64,000 nucleotides of DNA from Calditrichia bacterium (GTDB taxonomy: Bacteria > Calditrichota > Calditrichia > RBG-13-44-9 > J075), in the NCBI GenBank assembly GCA_050633245.1, contig JBOEGD010000016.1, positions 26,746 to 90,745 on the forward strand, given 5' to 3'. Positions 9,841 to 18,516 of this stretch are shown piece by piece. The notes beneath the pieces are model-generated. The model saw only the letters and a program-made list of their open reading frames with translations. It did no database searches and had not been told where the DNA came from. Both the position numbers and the translations under genes were made by a program. Numbering within the stretch: position 1 is the stretch's first letter; every line of letters begins with the position of its first letter.

Positions 9841-11064
9841 ATGGTAAATCTTTCTGTTCTAAAAAGTTTTTTTAAAGATGCCTTGGCCTCCACAATACGC
9901 GGCAGTTTGCAATATCATTTGTGGATGGCTTTTCTGACCTTCATAATGCTCTGTGGAGCCTACGCCTATTCGGTGCAACTTGAAGAAGGTCTTGCTGCAA
10001 CAGGAATGAGCGATAGCGTTAGCTGGGGCATTTACATCTCTAATTTCACCTTCCTGGTAGGCGTTGCTGCTGCTGCTGTAATGCTGGTTCTTCCGACATA
10101 TATCCTAAAAGATATAGACTTTTCACGAGCCGTTCTTATCGGCGAGGGGCTCGCTGTAGCGGCATTGGTCATGTGTCTTGCCTTCGTAACCGTAGATCTT
10201 GGAGGCCCGGCAAGAGCCTGGCACCTGCTGCCAATAGTTGGATTATTCAACTGGCCGAGTTCTATGTTGGCGTGGGATGTTATTGTATTAAACGGTTATC
10301 TCTTCATCAATATCACCATTCCTTTTTACATCCTGTTTCACCACTATCAGAATAAAAAGCCCAGCAAAAATGTCTACCTTCCTGGAATAATAATTTCCGT
10401 ATTTTGGGCTGTTGCAATCCATTTGGTAACAGCGTTTCTATACGCAGGGCTGGCCTCACGCCCCTTCTGGAACTCTTCATTATTGGGGCCGCGCTTCCTG
10501 GCCTCGGCATTTGCAGCAGGCCCGGCATTAATTGTAATCGTACTCAGTCTTATCCATCACAAAACAGACTACAATATTCAACAAAATACGATTAATAAGA
10601 TTGCCCTGATCGCCACCGTCTCGGCTCAAATAAATCTCATTATGTTGGGATCTGAAATATTTAAGGAATTTTACGCACCGACTCATCACAGTCAGAGTGC
10701 GGTTTATCTGTTTTTCGGCTTAGGTGGTAACACCTCTCTGGTGCCCTGGATTTGGACATCAATTGGGATGAACCTACTTGCAACGGGGATGCTGACATTT
10801 CACTTCCTTCACCGAAAACCCATGTTCTTGTACAGTGCATGCACCATGCTATTCGTCGCCATATGGATCGAAAAAGGAATGGGTCTTATTATTCCCGGCT
10901 TTATTCCCGGCCCATGGGGTAAGATTGTTGAATACAGCCCAAGCTGGGTGGAAATAACAGTAACTGCCGGGATTTGGGCCATGGGTATTTTTCTGTTTAC
11001 AATGCTCGTAAAAGTTGCTATCTCCATTGAAACAGGACGCATGCGCTACCAGGCCGGGAGCTAA
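9841..11064 (+). CDS. NrfD/DsrP/PsrC-family integral membrane quinol oxidoreductase subunit
   Basis: About 10 TM helices; 'VSWGIYISNFTFLVG', 'VDLGGP.R', 'SSMLAWD'. Confidence 0.85.
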   Translation: MVNLSVLKSFFKDALASTIRGSLQYHLWMAFLTFIMLCGAYAYSVQLEEGLAATGMSDSVSWGIYISNFTFLVGVAAAAVMLVLPTYILKDIDFSRAVLIGEGLAVAALVMCLAFVTVDLGGPARAWHLLPIVGLFNWPSSMLAWDVIVLNGYLFINITIPFYILFHHYQNKKPSKNVYLPGIIISVFWAVAIHLVTAFLYAGLASRPFWNSSLLGPRFLASAFAAGPALIVIVLSLIHHKTDYNIQQNTINKIALIATVSAQINLIMLGSEIFKEFYAPTHHSQSAVYLFFGLGGNTSLVPWIWTSIGMNLLATGMLTFHFLHRKPMFLYSACTMLFVAIWIEKGMGLIIPGFIPGPWGKIVEYSPSWVEITVTAGIWAMGIFLFTMLVKVAISIETGRMRYQAGS

Positions 11065-11263
11065 AGAGCTTAGCGAACGCCAAATTGGATGTGAAACAAG
11101 CAGGTCGTTTATACCCGGCCTACCCCCAACCAGCGGCGAAGCCGCGACATACAAGCGAATGCAGTGAGCGACCTATCCACGACCAGCAGCGAAACCGCGT
11201 TTTGCAAGTCCCGCGGGGACGACCTTCCTGCCAGCAGCAAAGCTGCGTCCTACTTCCTCCCCC

Positions 11264-12127
11264 CTATTCTTTCTCATATAGCAGCCCATAACTCAAATCA
11301 TACGCTTCTTTTTGAAATCGCTGAGCAAAAGTTGCCTGCTCATGCACAGGAAGACTCGCCAAGTCACTATATTTCAAAACAGCGCCAACCCATCCCTTCG
11401 TATGCCAGTGTCCTGACGGGAGTTCGCCAAGCTCCGGCAGCGGCTTTGGATAAGGCCAGGGTGTAACATAAAAATAAGGTTCAGAATAACCTTCATCTCC
11501 CGGCGACAGACCAACACCTATGGACTTAGCTAATTCAGGATCAGGATTGCCCTCCACCTTTATTAACGTTGCGATATCAAAGTGATGCGGCCAGGTGCGA
11601 ACCGGCGAAGCCTTGTCTTCCAGATAAAATTGATTTTGCAACATTGCAGCAGAGTTGCTCCAACAGGCAGTCAAGGCTGCGCGTGCATCGGTAGTTGCTC
11701 GTTCAGAGGAAAAAATTCCGCCATCTTTCAATATATGATCCGGCATCTCATACGGCATCTCTAACCTGGCCTGCTCGGCATTCACCCCTTTAGAGCGGAG
11801 CGCCTCCTGGAACTCCTGTAATACCTCTTCCATGCTCTTCCCATCGAGGGCAATCTCAATAAGCTCTCCACGACGCTCTTCAACAAGCAGCGAAAATGAG
11901 CTTGGAGAAAGTCCGGCTCTTATTCGTTCGGCAGCAGATAATTCACGTGTCCAGAAGCGCTGTTCATCCACATGCCAGTGCAGACTGGTATGGCTATCAT
12001 CCTTCCTGGGTGGAAGCAGATATCTTCCAAAAGACGCACAATATTGTGCTGCGAAGTGTAGCTGTATTCTTGCCTCAATTATATCTGCAGATGCAACCTG
12101 CTTTATGGGGTGCCAATCCATTTTCAT
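11264..12127 (-). CDS. DUF5996-like hypothetical protein
   Basis: 'QLH.AAQ', 'DDSHTSL.W', 'WPHHFDIA', 'G.SPGD..Y.EPYFYV.PWP' motifs. Confidence 0.6.
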   Translation of the reverse strand: MKMDWHPIKQVASADIIEARIQLHFAAQYCASFGRYLLPPRKDDSHTSLHWHVDEQRFWTRELSAAERIRAGLSPSSFSLLVEERRGELIEIALDGKSMEEVLQEFQEALRSKGVNAEQARLEMPYEMPDHILKDGGIFSSERATTDARAALTACWSNSAAMLQNQFYLEDKASPVRTWPHHFDIATLIKVEGNPDPELAKSIGVGLSPGDEGYSEPYFYVTPWPYPKPLPELGELPSGHWHTKGWVGAVLKYSDLASLPVHEQATFAQRFQKEAYDLSYGLLYEKE

Positions 12128-12366
12128 ACTCCGATCTATAAAAACGTTTTAACTTGCGATAGTCAATTATTCACAAAAAATAGTATCAACGTGAGGTGAT
12201 GTATACCGAGAATACTCTTAGAACATACTCTATAATACGACGTATTTAATGTATTCGCATCAAGAAAGTGTTGCTATTGCGAACAAAAGCAAAACGAGCA
12301 TATTCGTTGCTTGCGTAACCTTTTATCGAGTATTAAGTTACGAGCGCAATATTAGTAAAGGAGAAT

Positions 12367-14169
12367 TTGTTGAGCAGCAGTCCATATATAGTCGGCATCG
12401 ATCTCGGCACAACGCACTGCGTTTTGGCCTACAGTAAGATTGACGAATCGTCCGATACCCCCTCAAAAATTGAATTAATGCGCATTCCGCAGGTTGTCAG
12501 CCCCGGTGAAATTAAAGAGTTGGCGCTTCTACCCTCTTTCTTACTGCTCCCCGGCCCGCATGATGTGCCGGAAGGTGGCCTGGCGCTACCTTGGGATGCT
12601 GCAAAAGACTATGCGGTTGGTGAATATGCGCGCAGTCGTGGAAATGAAATCCCAAACAGACTAGTGGCCTCTGCAAAGTCCTGGCTTTGCCATAGTGGTG
12701 TAGATCGCAGGGATGCTTTATTGCCCTGGAACAGCGGTGACGATGCACGACGCGTCTCACCGATTGAGGCGACGCAACGCTACCTCGAACACATTCGCGA
12801 CGCCTGGAACGCTCAAATGGCCGAAGATGACAAAAAGCATCGCCTGGAAGAACAGACGATCTATCTGACTGTTCCGGCTTCTTTTGATGCCGTAGCACGT
12901 GAATTGACTGCTGAAGCCGCCAGTGCAGCCGGGCTAAAGCGATTGACGCTATTGGAAGAACCACAGGCGGCCTTCTACGCCTGGCTGGAAGCAAAAGGCA
13001 ATAACTGGCGCAATGATGTCGAGCTTGGAGAATCTATTCTCGTTTGCGACGTAGGCGGCGGAACCAGCGACTTCAGTTTAATTGAGGTCAGCGGCAATGA
13101 AGGTTCACTGGAACTTGAACGTGCAGCGGTTGGCGAACATATTCTGCTTGGTGGCGACAATATGGATCTCGCGCTGGCCTATCTGATTCGCTCAAAGCTT
13201 GCACAAAACGGTACGAATATCGATGATTGGCAGTTCAAAGGCCTATGGCATAGCTGTCGGTCTGCTAAGGAGAAGCTGCTTAATAATCCGGAGATTGAAA
13301 CTGAGCCTTTGGTTATTCTTGGAAGAGGATCTTCCCTGATTGGCGGAACCATTCGCAGCGAGCTTACCCGCGAAGAAATGAATACGTCACTGGTCGATGG
13401 TTTTTTTCCCGCCGGAAATAATGATGATTTTCCACAGGAAGGCACGCGAATAGGAATGCGCGAAATGGGACTTCCCTATGCAGCAGACGCTGCAGTAACG
13501 CGCTACCTGGCGCACTTTCTAAGTAAGCATAGTGGGGAAACAACAGCATTTCCTTCCGCCGTGCTGTTTAATGGCGGCGTAATGAAGGCGGAGTCTTTCA
13601 GAACACGCGTTTTGGAAGCACTTTCTGCCTGGAAAGGCGATACCGTACGCGAGCTTAAAGCCAATGACCTGGATCTCGCCGTGGCAGTTGGTGCAACCTA
13701 CTATGGTCTTGCGCAATCCGGCAAGGGGATTCGTATTCGCGCCGGAGCTGCACGGGCCTACTATATCGGTGTCGAAAGCTCGATGCCCGCGGTTCCCGGC
13801 ATCCCTATTCCAATAAATGCTTTAAACGTCCTGCCATTCGGCACCGAAGAAGGAACAGAAACGGATATTCGTCAGCGCGAATTTGGCCTAATTGTCGGAC
13901 AGCCGGTAGTCTTCCATCTGCTCGCCTCCACGGCAAATGCAGATGACAAAGCCGGTGAAATTGTAGAAGACTGGGCCGGTAATATTCAGAATGTCAGCAC
14001 AATGGAATTAAATCTACCCGCAAGTGCCGACGAAGCTGGTGGAACGATTATCCCGGTATGGCTGCAGAGTAAACTGACGGAAGTCGGCACGCTTGAACTG
14101 TGGTGCGTTTCCACTAAAGATGATCGTCGCTGGAAACTTGAATTTTCAATACGAGATGAAACGGAGTAA
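12367..14169 (+). CDS. Divergent Hsp70/DnaK-family ATPase
   Basis: GIDLGTT, TVPASFD, LEEPQAA, DVGGGTSD, LLGGDNMD; lacks the canonical DnaK substrate-binding domain; AAGGAG RBS. Confidence 0.9.
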   Translation: MLSSSPYIVGIDLGTTHCVLAYSKIDESSDTPSKIELMRIPQVVSPGEIKELALLPSFLLLPGPHDVPEGGLALPWDAAKDYAVGEYARSRGNEIPNRLVASAKSWLCHSGVDRRDALLPWNSGDDARRVSPIEATQRYLEHIRDAWNAQMAEDDKKHRLEEQTIYLTVPASFDAVARELTAEAASAAGLKRLTLLEEPQAAFYAWLEAKGNNWRNDVELGESILVCDVGGGTSDFSLIEVSGNEGSLELERAAVGEHILLGGDNMDLALAYLIRSKLAQNGTNIDDWQFKGLWHSCRSAKEKLLNNPEIETEPLVILGRGSSLIGGTIRSELTREEMNTSLVDGFFPAGNNDDFPQEGTRIGMREMGLPYAADAAVTRYLAHFLSKHSGETTAFPSAVLFNGGVMKAESFRTRVLEALSAWKGDTVRELKANDLDLAVAVGATYYGLAQSGKGIRIRAGAARAYYIGVESSMPAVPGIPIPINALNVLPFGTEEGTETDIRQREFGLIVGQPVVFHLLASTANADDKAGEIVEDWAGNIQNVSTMELNLPASADEAGGTIIPVWLQSKLTEVGTLELWCVSTKDDRRWKLEFSIRDETE

Positions 14170-14177
14170 CTACCTGA

Positions 14178-16988
14178 ATGAGTTCGCTGTTCGACTTTCA
14201 AAATCGCGATTACAAATATATTATTGGTGTCGACCTCGGCACCACCAATTCCGCCGTAGCCTATGTAGACCTCAGCACCACGCGTCGTGCAATCAACTTT
14301 TTTCGAATTCCGCAACTTGTAGCCGCTGGTGAAATCGCAGAACGCGATATTCAACCCTCGTTTTTATATCTTCCGGGCGCATACGACTTACCTGAAGGCA
14401 GCACAGAACTTCCCTGGGACAAGAAGCGCGCTTATATGGTAGGTGAATTCGCTCGTGAACAGGGGGCAAACGTCCCGTCACGGTTGGTGGCCTCTGCAAA
14501 ATCCTGGCTATGCCATGCCGGTGTAAATCGCAAAGCACCAATCCTGCCTTGGGGGGCACCAGAGGAAATCTCCAAAGTGTCTCCATTGGAAGCCAGCAAA
14601 CGCTATCTGCAGCACATCAAGGAATCCTGGAACCACATGATGGCGAAAGGACGCGAAGATTTTTCCTTTGAAGAGCAGCTGGTAGTCTTAACCGTTCCGG
14701 CATCTTTTGATGAAGTTGCTCGCGAACTTACCGTAACCGCAGCGCAGGAAGCGGGTATTCCGCGAGTAGTGTTATTGGAAGAGCCACTCGCCGCTTTTTA
14801 TGCCTGGCTTTCGGCAAATGAATCGACCTGGCAAGAACAAATGCAGGTTGGGCAGCTCATCCTGGTTTGTGACGTTGGCGGTGGAACAACAGACCTTTCA
14901 CTGGTGGGCATTTTCGAAGGCGAAAAGGGCCTTCGTTTTAATCGCATGGCAGTTGGTGAACACTTGATGCTGGGTGGTGACAATATGGACCTGGCACTTG
15001 GGCGCTACCTCGAGCAAAAGCTGATGGGACAGCCCGGTCAGCTCGACAACCAGCGCTGGCATCAGCTTGTCTATCAATGTCGCAAGGCAAAAGAGACGCT
15101 GCTGGGTAATTCCAACCTGGCTGCTATGGATATTACCGTGATGGGAAGTGCGGGAAAGCTCATCGCCAATACCCTTAAAGGCAACTTTACTCAGGAAGAT
15201 ATTCAGAAAATTATTCTGGAAGGATTTTTTCCGAAAAGTGCGCTGGGCGAAAACCCCGACAATTCTCCACGTAGCGGCCTAACCGACCTCGGACTACCTT
15301 ATGTGCAAGATGCGGCTGTTACACGCCATCTGAGCGCTTTCTGGCGACGGTTTGAGAAGCTGATGCTCGATGAAACAGGCCGCAGCTCGGTATTCCCGGA
15401 TTTCGTACTATTCAATGGTGGTGTTCTCAGCCCGGAACTAATTCGCAATCACATTCGTGGCGTTGTTGGCGACTGGTTTGCACCGCTTGCCGGAGATGGT
15501 TGGACGCCCGCAGAATTAGATAATCCAAGACCAGACTTATCCGTCGCTATCGGCGCCGCATATTATGGAAAAGTTCGCGTCGGTGAAGGCGTGCGCGTCG
15601 GAAGCGGCAGTCCGCGAGCGTACTATTTAAATCTCGATGCAACAGCCGGTAAGGAGAAAGAACTTTGCCTGTTGCCACGCGGCGCCGAGGAAGGCGCAGA
15701 TATTCAGCTATCTTCACATAATTTTGAAGTGCTGACCAATCAACCGGTTGCATTTAACCTTGCGACATCAAGCACGCGGCTGGGTGACAAACTGGGCGAT
15801 GTGGTAAAGCTGGAAAGCGAGGAAAGAACCGCGCTGCCGGCAATTCAAACGGTACTTCGCTACGGCAAGAAGAATGAGGCACGCTCACTTCCCGTTGAAG
15901 TCGCAGTTCGACTTACCGAAATAGGCACGCTGGAGCTTTGGTGCCAGTCAAATGAAAGTGATCATCGCTGGCAGCTGCAGTTCGATGTACGCCTCGAAGC
16001 CGATGCGGCGTCTACTTCAAAAGGCGAGACTATCGACGCGGCATTGGTCGAAGAAGCCAATGCTGCAATAGAGAACACGTTTACCTCTTCGGAAAACGCG
16101 CTAAAACCAAGCAAGTTAATGAACGAACTTGAAGAAACACTCGATATGCAAAAAAATAAATGGCCAACCTCACTTATTCGTAAAATGGCAGACAGCCTCC
16201 TGGGAATGCCGGAAGCGCGAGATCTCTCCTTTGCGCATGAATCCCGCTGGCTTAACCTGCTGGGCTACAGTATGCGGCCTGGATTTGGCGATCCGGTCGA
16301 CGATTGGCGCATCAAGCAGTCCTGGAAGCTCTTTCTACAGGGTTTGCGCAATCCAAAGCAGCCGCAGGTAGTAAGTCAATGGTGGATTTTCTGGCGCCGC
16401 ATTGCCGGTGGACTCAGTGAAGGGCGGCAATCACAAATTTATCAGATGTATGCGCCCCTCGTTCATACCGGCAAAACAGCGAAGAAAAAGAGCGAGTTCG
16501 GTAAGCTCAACCCGCAGCAGGAACTGGAAGTTTGGATGCTGCTGGCAAACCTGGAACATTTACCCAAAAATGCCAAACAGGAATTGGGGCGCATCTTATT
16601 AAAACGTATTGCGAAGGGCAATGCCAAGCCGCAGGAATATTGGGCGCTGGGCCGCTTTGGCGCACGCATCCCTTTTTATGGTCATATCGACAATGCCCTA
16701 TCCGGAGCGGAGGTAGCAAGCTGGTGCGAATCTCTAATGAAGTCCAATCCGCAACTTTCAAATAATACCGCGATGACGTTCGTACACCTGGCGCGTAAAA
16801 CAGGTGATCACACACGCGATCTCTCAGGCGAGGTGTTCGAGAAAGTTGAAAACTGGCTGGCACAATCAGACAAGCAGCGCTATGTTGAATTGCTCAATAA
16901 TCCTTCCGCTGCTCTCGAACAAGACGAAAGAAATCAGCAATTCGGAGAATCTCTTCCATCCGGTCTCATCCTTCAATCCAGCCAATAA
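14178..16988 (+). CDS. Divergent Hsp70 with DUF3731-like C-terminal extension
   Basis: GVDLGTTN, TVPASFD, DVGGGTTD; C-terminal 'HESRWLNLLGY.MRPGFG...D.WRI', 'WIFWRRIAGGL', 'FGESLPSGL'. Confidence 0.88.
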   Translation: MSSLFDFQNRDYKYIIGVDLGTTNSAVAYVDLSTTRRAINFFRIPQLVAAGEIAERDIQPSFLYLPGAYDLPEGSTELPWDKKRAYMVGEFAREQGANVPSRLVASAKSWLCHAGVNRKAPILPWGAPEEISKVSPLEASKRYLQHIKESWNHMMAKGREDFSFEEQLVVLTVPASFDEVARELTVTAAQEAGIPRVVLLEEPLAAFYAWLSANESTWQEQMQVGQLILVCDVGGGTTDLSLVGIFEGEKGLRFNRMAVGEHLMLGGDNMDLALGRYLEQKLMGQPGQLDNQRWHQLVYQCRKAKETLLGNSNLAAMDITVMGSAGKLIANTLKGNFTQEDIQKIILEGFFPKSALGENPDNSPRSGLTDLGLPYVQDAAVTRHLSAFWRRFEKLMLDETGRSSVFPDFVLFNGGVLSPELIRNHIRGVVGDWFAPLAGDGWTPAELDNPRPDLSVAIGAAYYGKVRVGEGVRVGSGSPRAYYLNLDATAGKEKELCLLPRGAEEGADIQLSSHNFEVLTNQPVAFNLATSSTRLGDKLGDVVKLESEERTALPAIQTVLRYGKKNEARSLPVEVAVRLTEIGTLELWCQSNESDHRWQLQFDVRLEADAASTSKGETIDAALVEEANAAIENTFTSSENALKPSKLMNELEETLDMQKNKWPTSLIRKMADSLLGMPEARDLSFAHESRWLNLLGYSMRPGFGDPVDDWRIKQSWKLFLQGLRNPKQPQVVSQWWIFWRRIAGGLSEGRQSQIYQMYAPLVHTGKTAKKKSEFGKLNPQQELEVWMLLANLEHLPKNAKQELGRILLKRIAKGNAKPQEYWALGRFGARIPFYGHIDNALSGAEVASWCESLMKSNPQLSNNTAMTFVHLARKTGDHTRDLSGEVFEKVENWLAQSDKQRYVELLNNPSAALEQDERNQQFGESLPSGLILQSSQ

Positions 16989-17043
16989 TTTGCCTGTTAT
17001 CCTCAAAACCTCTATATTTTTCAAATCTAACCCACCAACCCAT

Positions 17044-17067
17044 CAGGCTGAGTAATCTTCAGCCTCA
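17044..17067 (+). terminator. Hairpin downstream of the Hsp70 pair
   Basis: AGGCTGA-gtaatct-TCAGCCT stem-loop; weak U-tail. Confidence 0.35.
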
Positions 17068-17102
17068 CTGCAACTTGTATTACAACATTGAAGGAGAAGT
17101 CT

Positions 17103-17522
17103 ATGAATTGGACGAAGATTCTAATCGTAACTGCTGCAGGTGGATTTGTTATGTGGCTCTACAGCTTTATTACGCATGGTATGATGCTTGGAAACACCTA
17201 TGCCGGAATGCCGGAAGTATTTGTGCCCGGTGATCAGGGAAATCCGATCAGCTTTTTAGTTGTTCAGGTTTTTGTGGTATTTGCCGGAGCCATGCTGTTT
17301 GCTAAAACGCGTGGTTCATGGGATGAAGGTGCAAAAGGTGGAGCCATGTTTGGTTTCTATTTGGGACTTGTTCCACTCTTTGCCTCGCTGATGAATCCCA
17401 TGATCTTTGCAGATTTCCCTTACTATCTCGGATGGTGCTGGGGAACGATTAGCTTGATTGGCTGGACTCTTGTCGGGGCTCTGGCAGGCGTTCTTTACAA
17501 GCGTACCGATGTAGTCGCTTAA
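17103..17522 (+). CDS. Small four-TM membrane protein
   Basis: AAGGAG RBS, ATG 17103, four hydrophobic helices. Confidence 0.7.
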   Translation: MNWTKILIVTAAGGFVMWLYSFITHGMMLGNTYAGMPEVFVPGDQGNPISFLVVQVFVVFAGAMLFAKTRGSWDEGAKGGAMFGFYLGLVPLFASLMNPMIFADFPYYLGWCWGTISLIGWTLVGALAGVLYKRTDVVA

Positions 17523-17530
17523 TAAGACTC

Positions 17531-17610
17531 CCGGCGTCTGACTTTTGGGGGAGAACATTATGTTCATTTCAGACGCCGGTCGCTGTTCACATTATCGGAA
17601 CAGCGACCGG
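17531..17610. terminator. Two adjacent inverted repeats between convergent genes
   Basis: CCGGCGTCTGA...TCAGACGCCGG followed by CCGGTCGCTGTTC...GAACAGCGACCGG. Confidence 0.5.
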
Positions 17611-17642
17611 ATTGTTAAGTTATTTTAGTACACTCTCCCGTA

Positions 17643-18392
17643 TTATCTTCCAAAACCAAATCCAAATGTCATATCCAGCACCCACTGACTACCCTCTGCA
17701 TCAAAATCAAGTGCTACGCCGGTTAGGGTAATTGCGGTAAACGTAACCGTCTTCCTCTTGAACCCAAATGTAATGGAATAGTTGGACATAAACGTGGTCA
17801 TTTCCACTCCGAATGTTTCCGTATCCCCCTTAAATCCGTCTTCCACTTCATCGAGCCAATTAACATCACCAATACCGGCAACCAGAAACAACGTAGTTTC
17901 ATTACCGCTTTTAAACCACTGCCATACACGTGGGTTTATCTTAATAAGATATTCCTCAGTGCGATAGTCGAGGTCTACCTCTACCCGTTTACTATCAAGC
18001 TTATGTGTTCCCTTGGCCTTCATGTACTGAATCTGTGCAATATTGCTGAAACCGGCCCGACCACCCCACTGAAAAACAAGGCTGGATAGAATGTCCAGCT
18101 GATTATCGAAGATATCTTCTACGTCAGAAGACCTAAGGTGGCTAAATCCCATTCCCCCCAACGCATGGACATATACAAAGGGCGGCTTGTATCTGCGTTT
18201 TTTACGCTTAACAACCGGCACCTGTTGTTCTGGCACAGCGGTTTGTGACGAGTCACTTTTCGTTTCCCCTATTGAAGGCTTTTGCAAAGAGTCGCTTATA
18301 GAAGAGTCTGGCAATGCAACTGGTTCTTGTGCAACAGCGAGCAAGGTGAAAAGAAACATACCTAAAAGTAGATGTTGAATGAATGGCCTCAT
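17643..18392 (-). CDS. Secreted/outer-membrane beta-barrel-like hypothetical protein
   Basis: GGAG RBS, ATG 18392, signal peptide ending AVAQ, beta-strand periodicity, C-terminal FGFGFGR. Confidence 0.6.
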   Translation of the reverse strand: MRPFIQHLLLGMFLFTLLAVAQEPVALPDSSISDSLQKPSIGETKSDSSQTAVPEQQVPVVKRKKRRYKPPFVYVHALGGMGFSHLRSSDVEDIFDNQLDILSSLVFQWGGRAGFSNIAQIQYMKAKGTHKLDSKRVEVDLDYRTEEYLIKINPRVWQWFKSGNETTLFLVAGIGDVNWLDEVEDGFKGDTETFGVEMTTFMSNYSITFGFKRKTVTFTAITLTGVALDFDAEGSQWVLDMTFGFGFGR

Positions 18393-18516
18393 ATGGCTCC
18401 CCTCTATTCCGGTAAGAGAATTGTAAGCTGGTTCCGTGGTCTTACCGATCTTCAAATTATGCGGTGTATGAATCGATAGTCTTACTATTGACAAGTTTCA
18501 TGCCAGCGGGAAAGGT

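Noticed and set aside
12367-16988. Calling the Hsp70 genes dnaK or hscA
   Set aside because: They lack the canonical substrate-binding domain and have no dnaJ/grpE or isc context.
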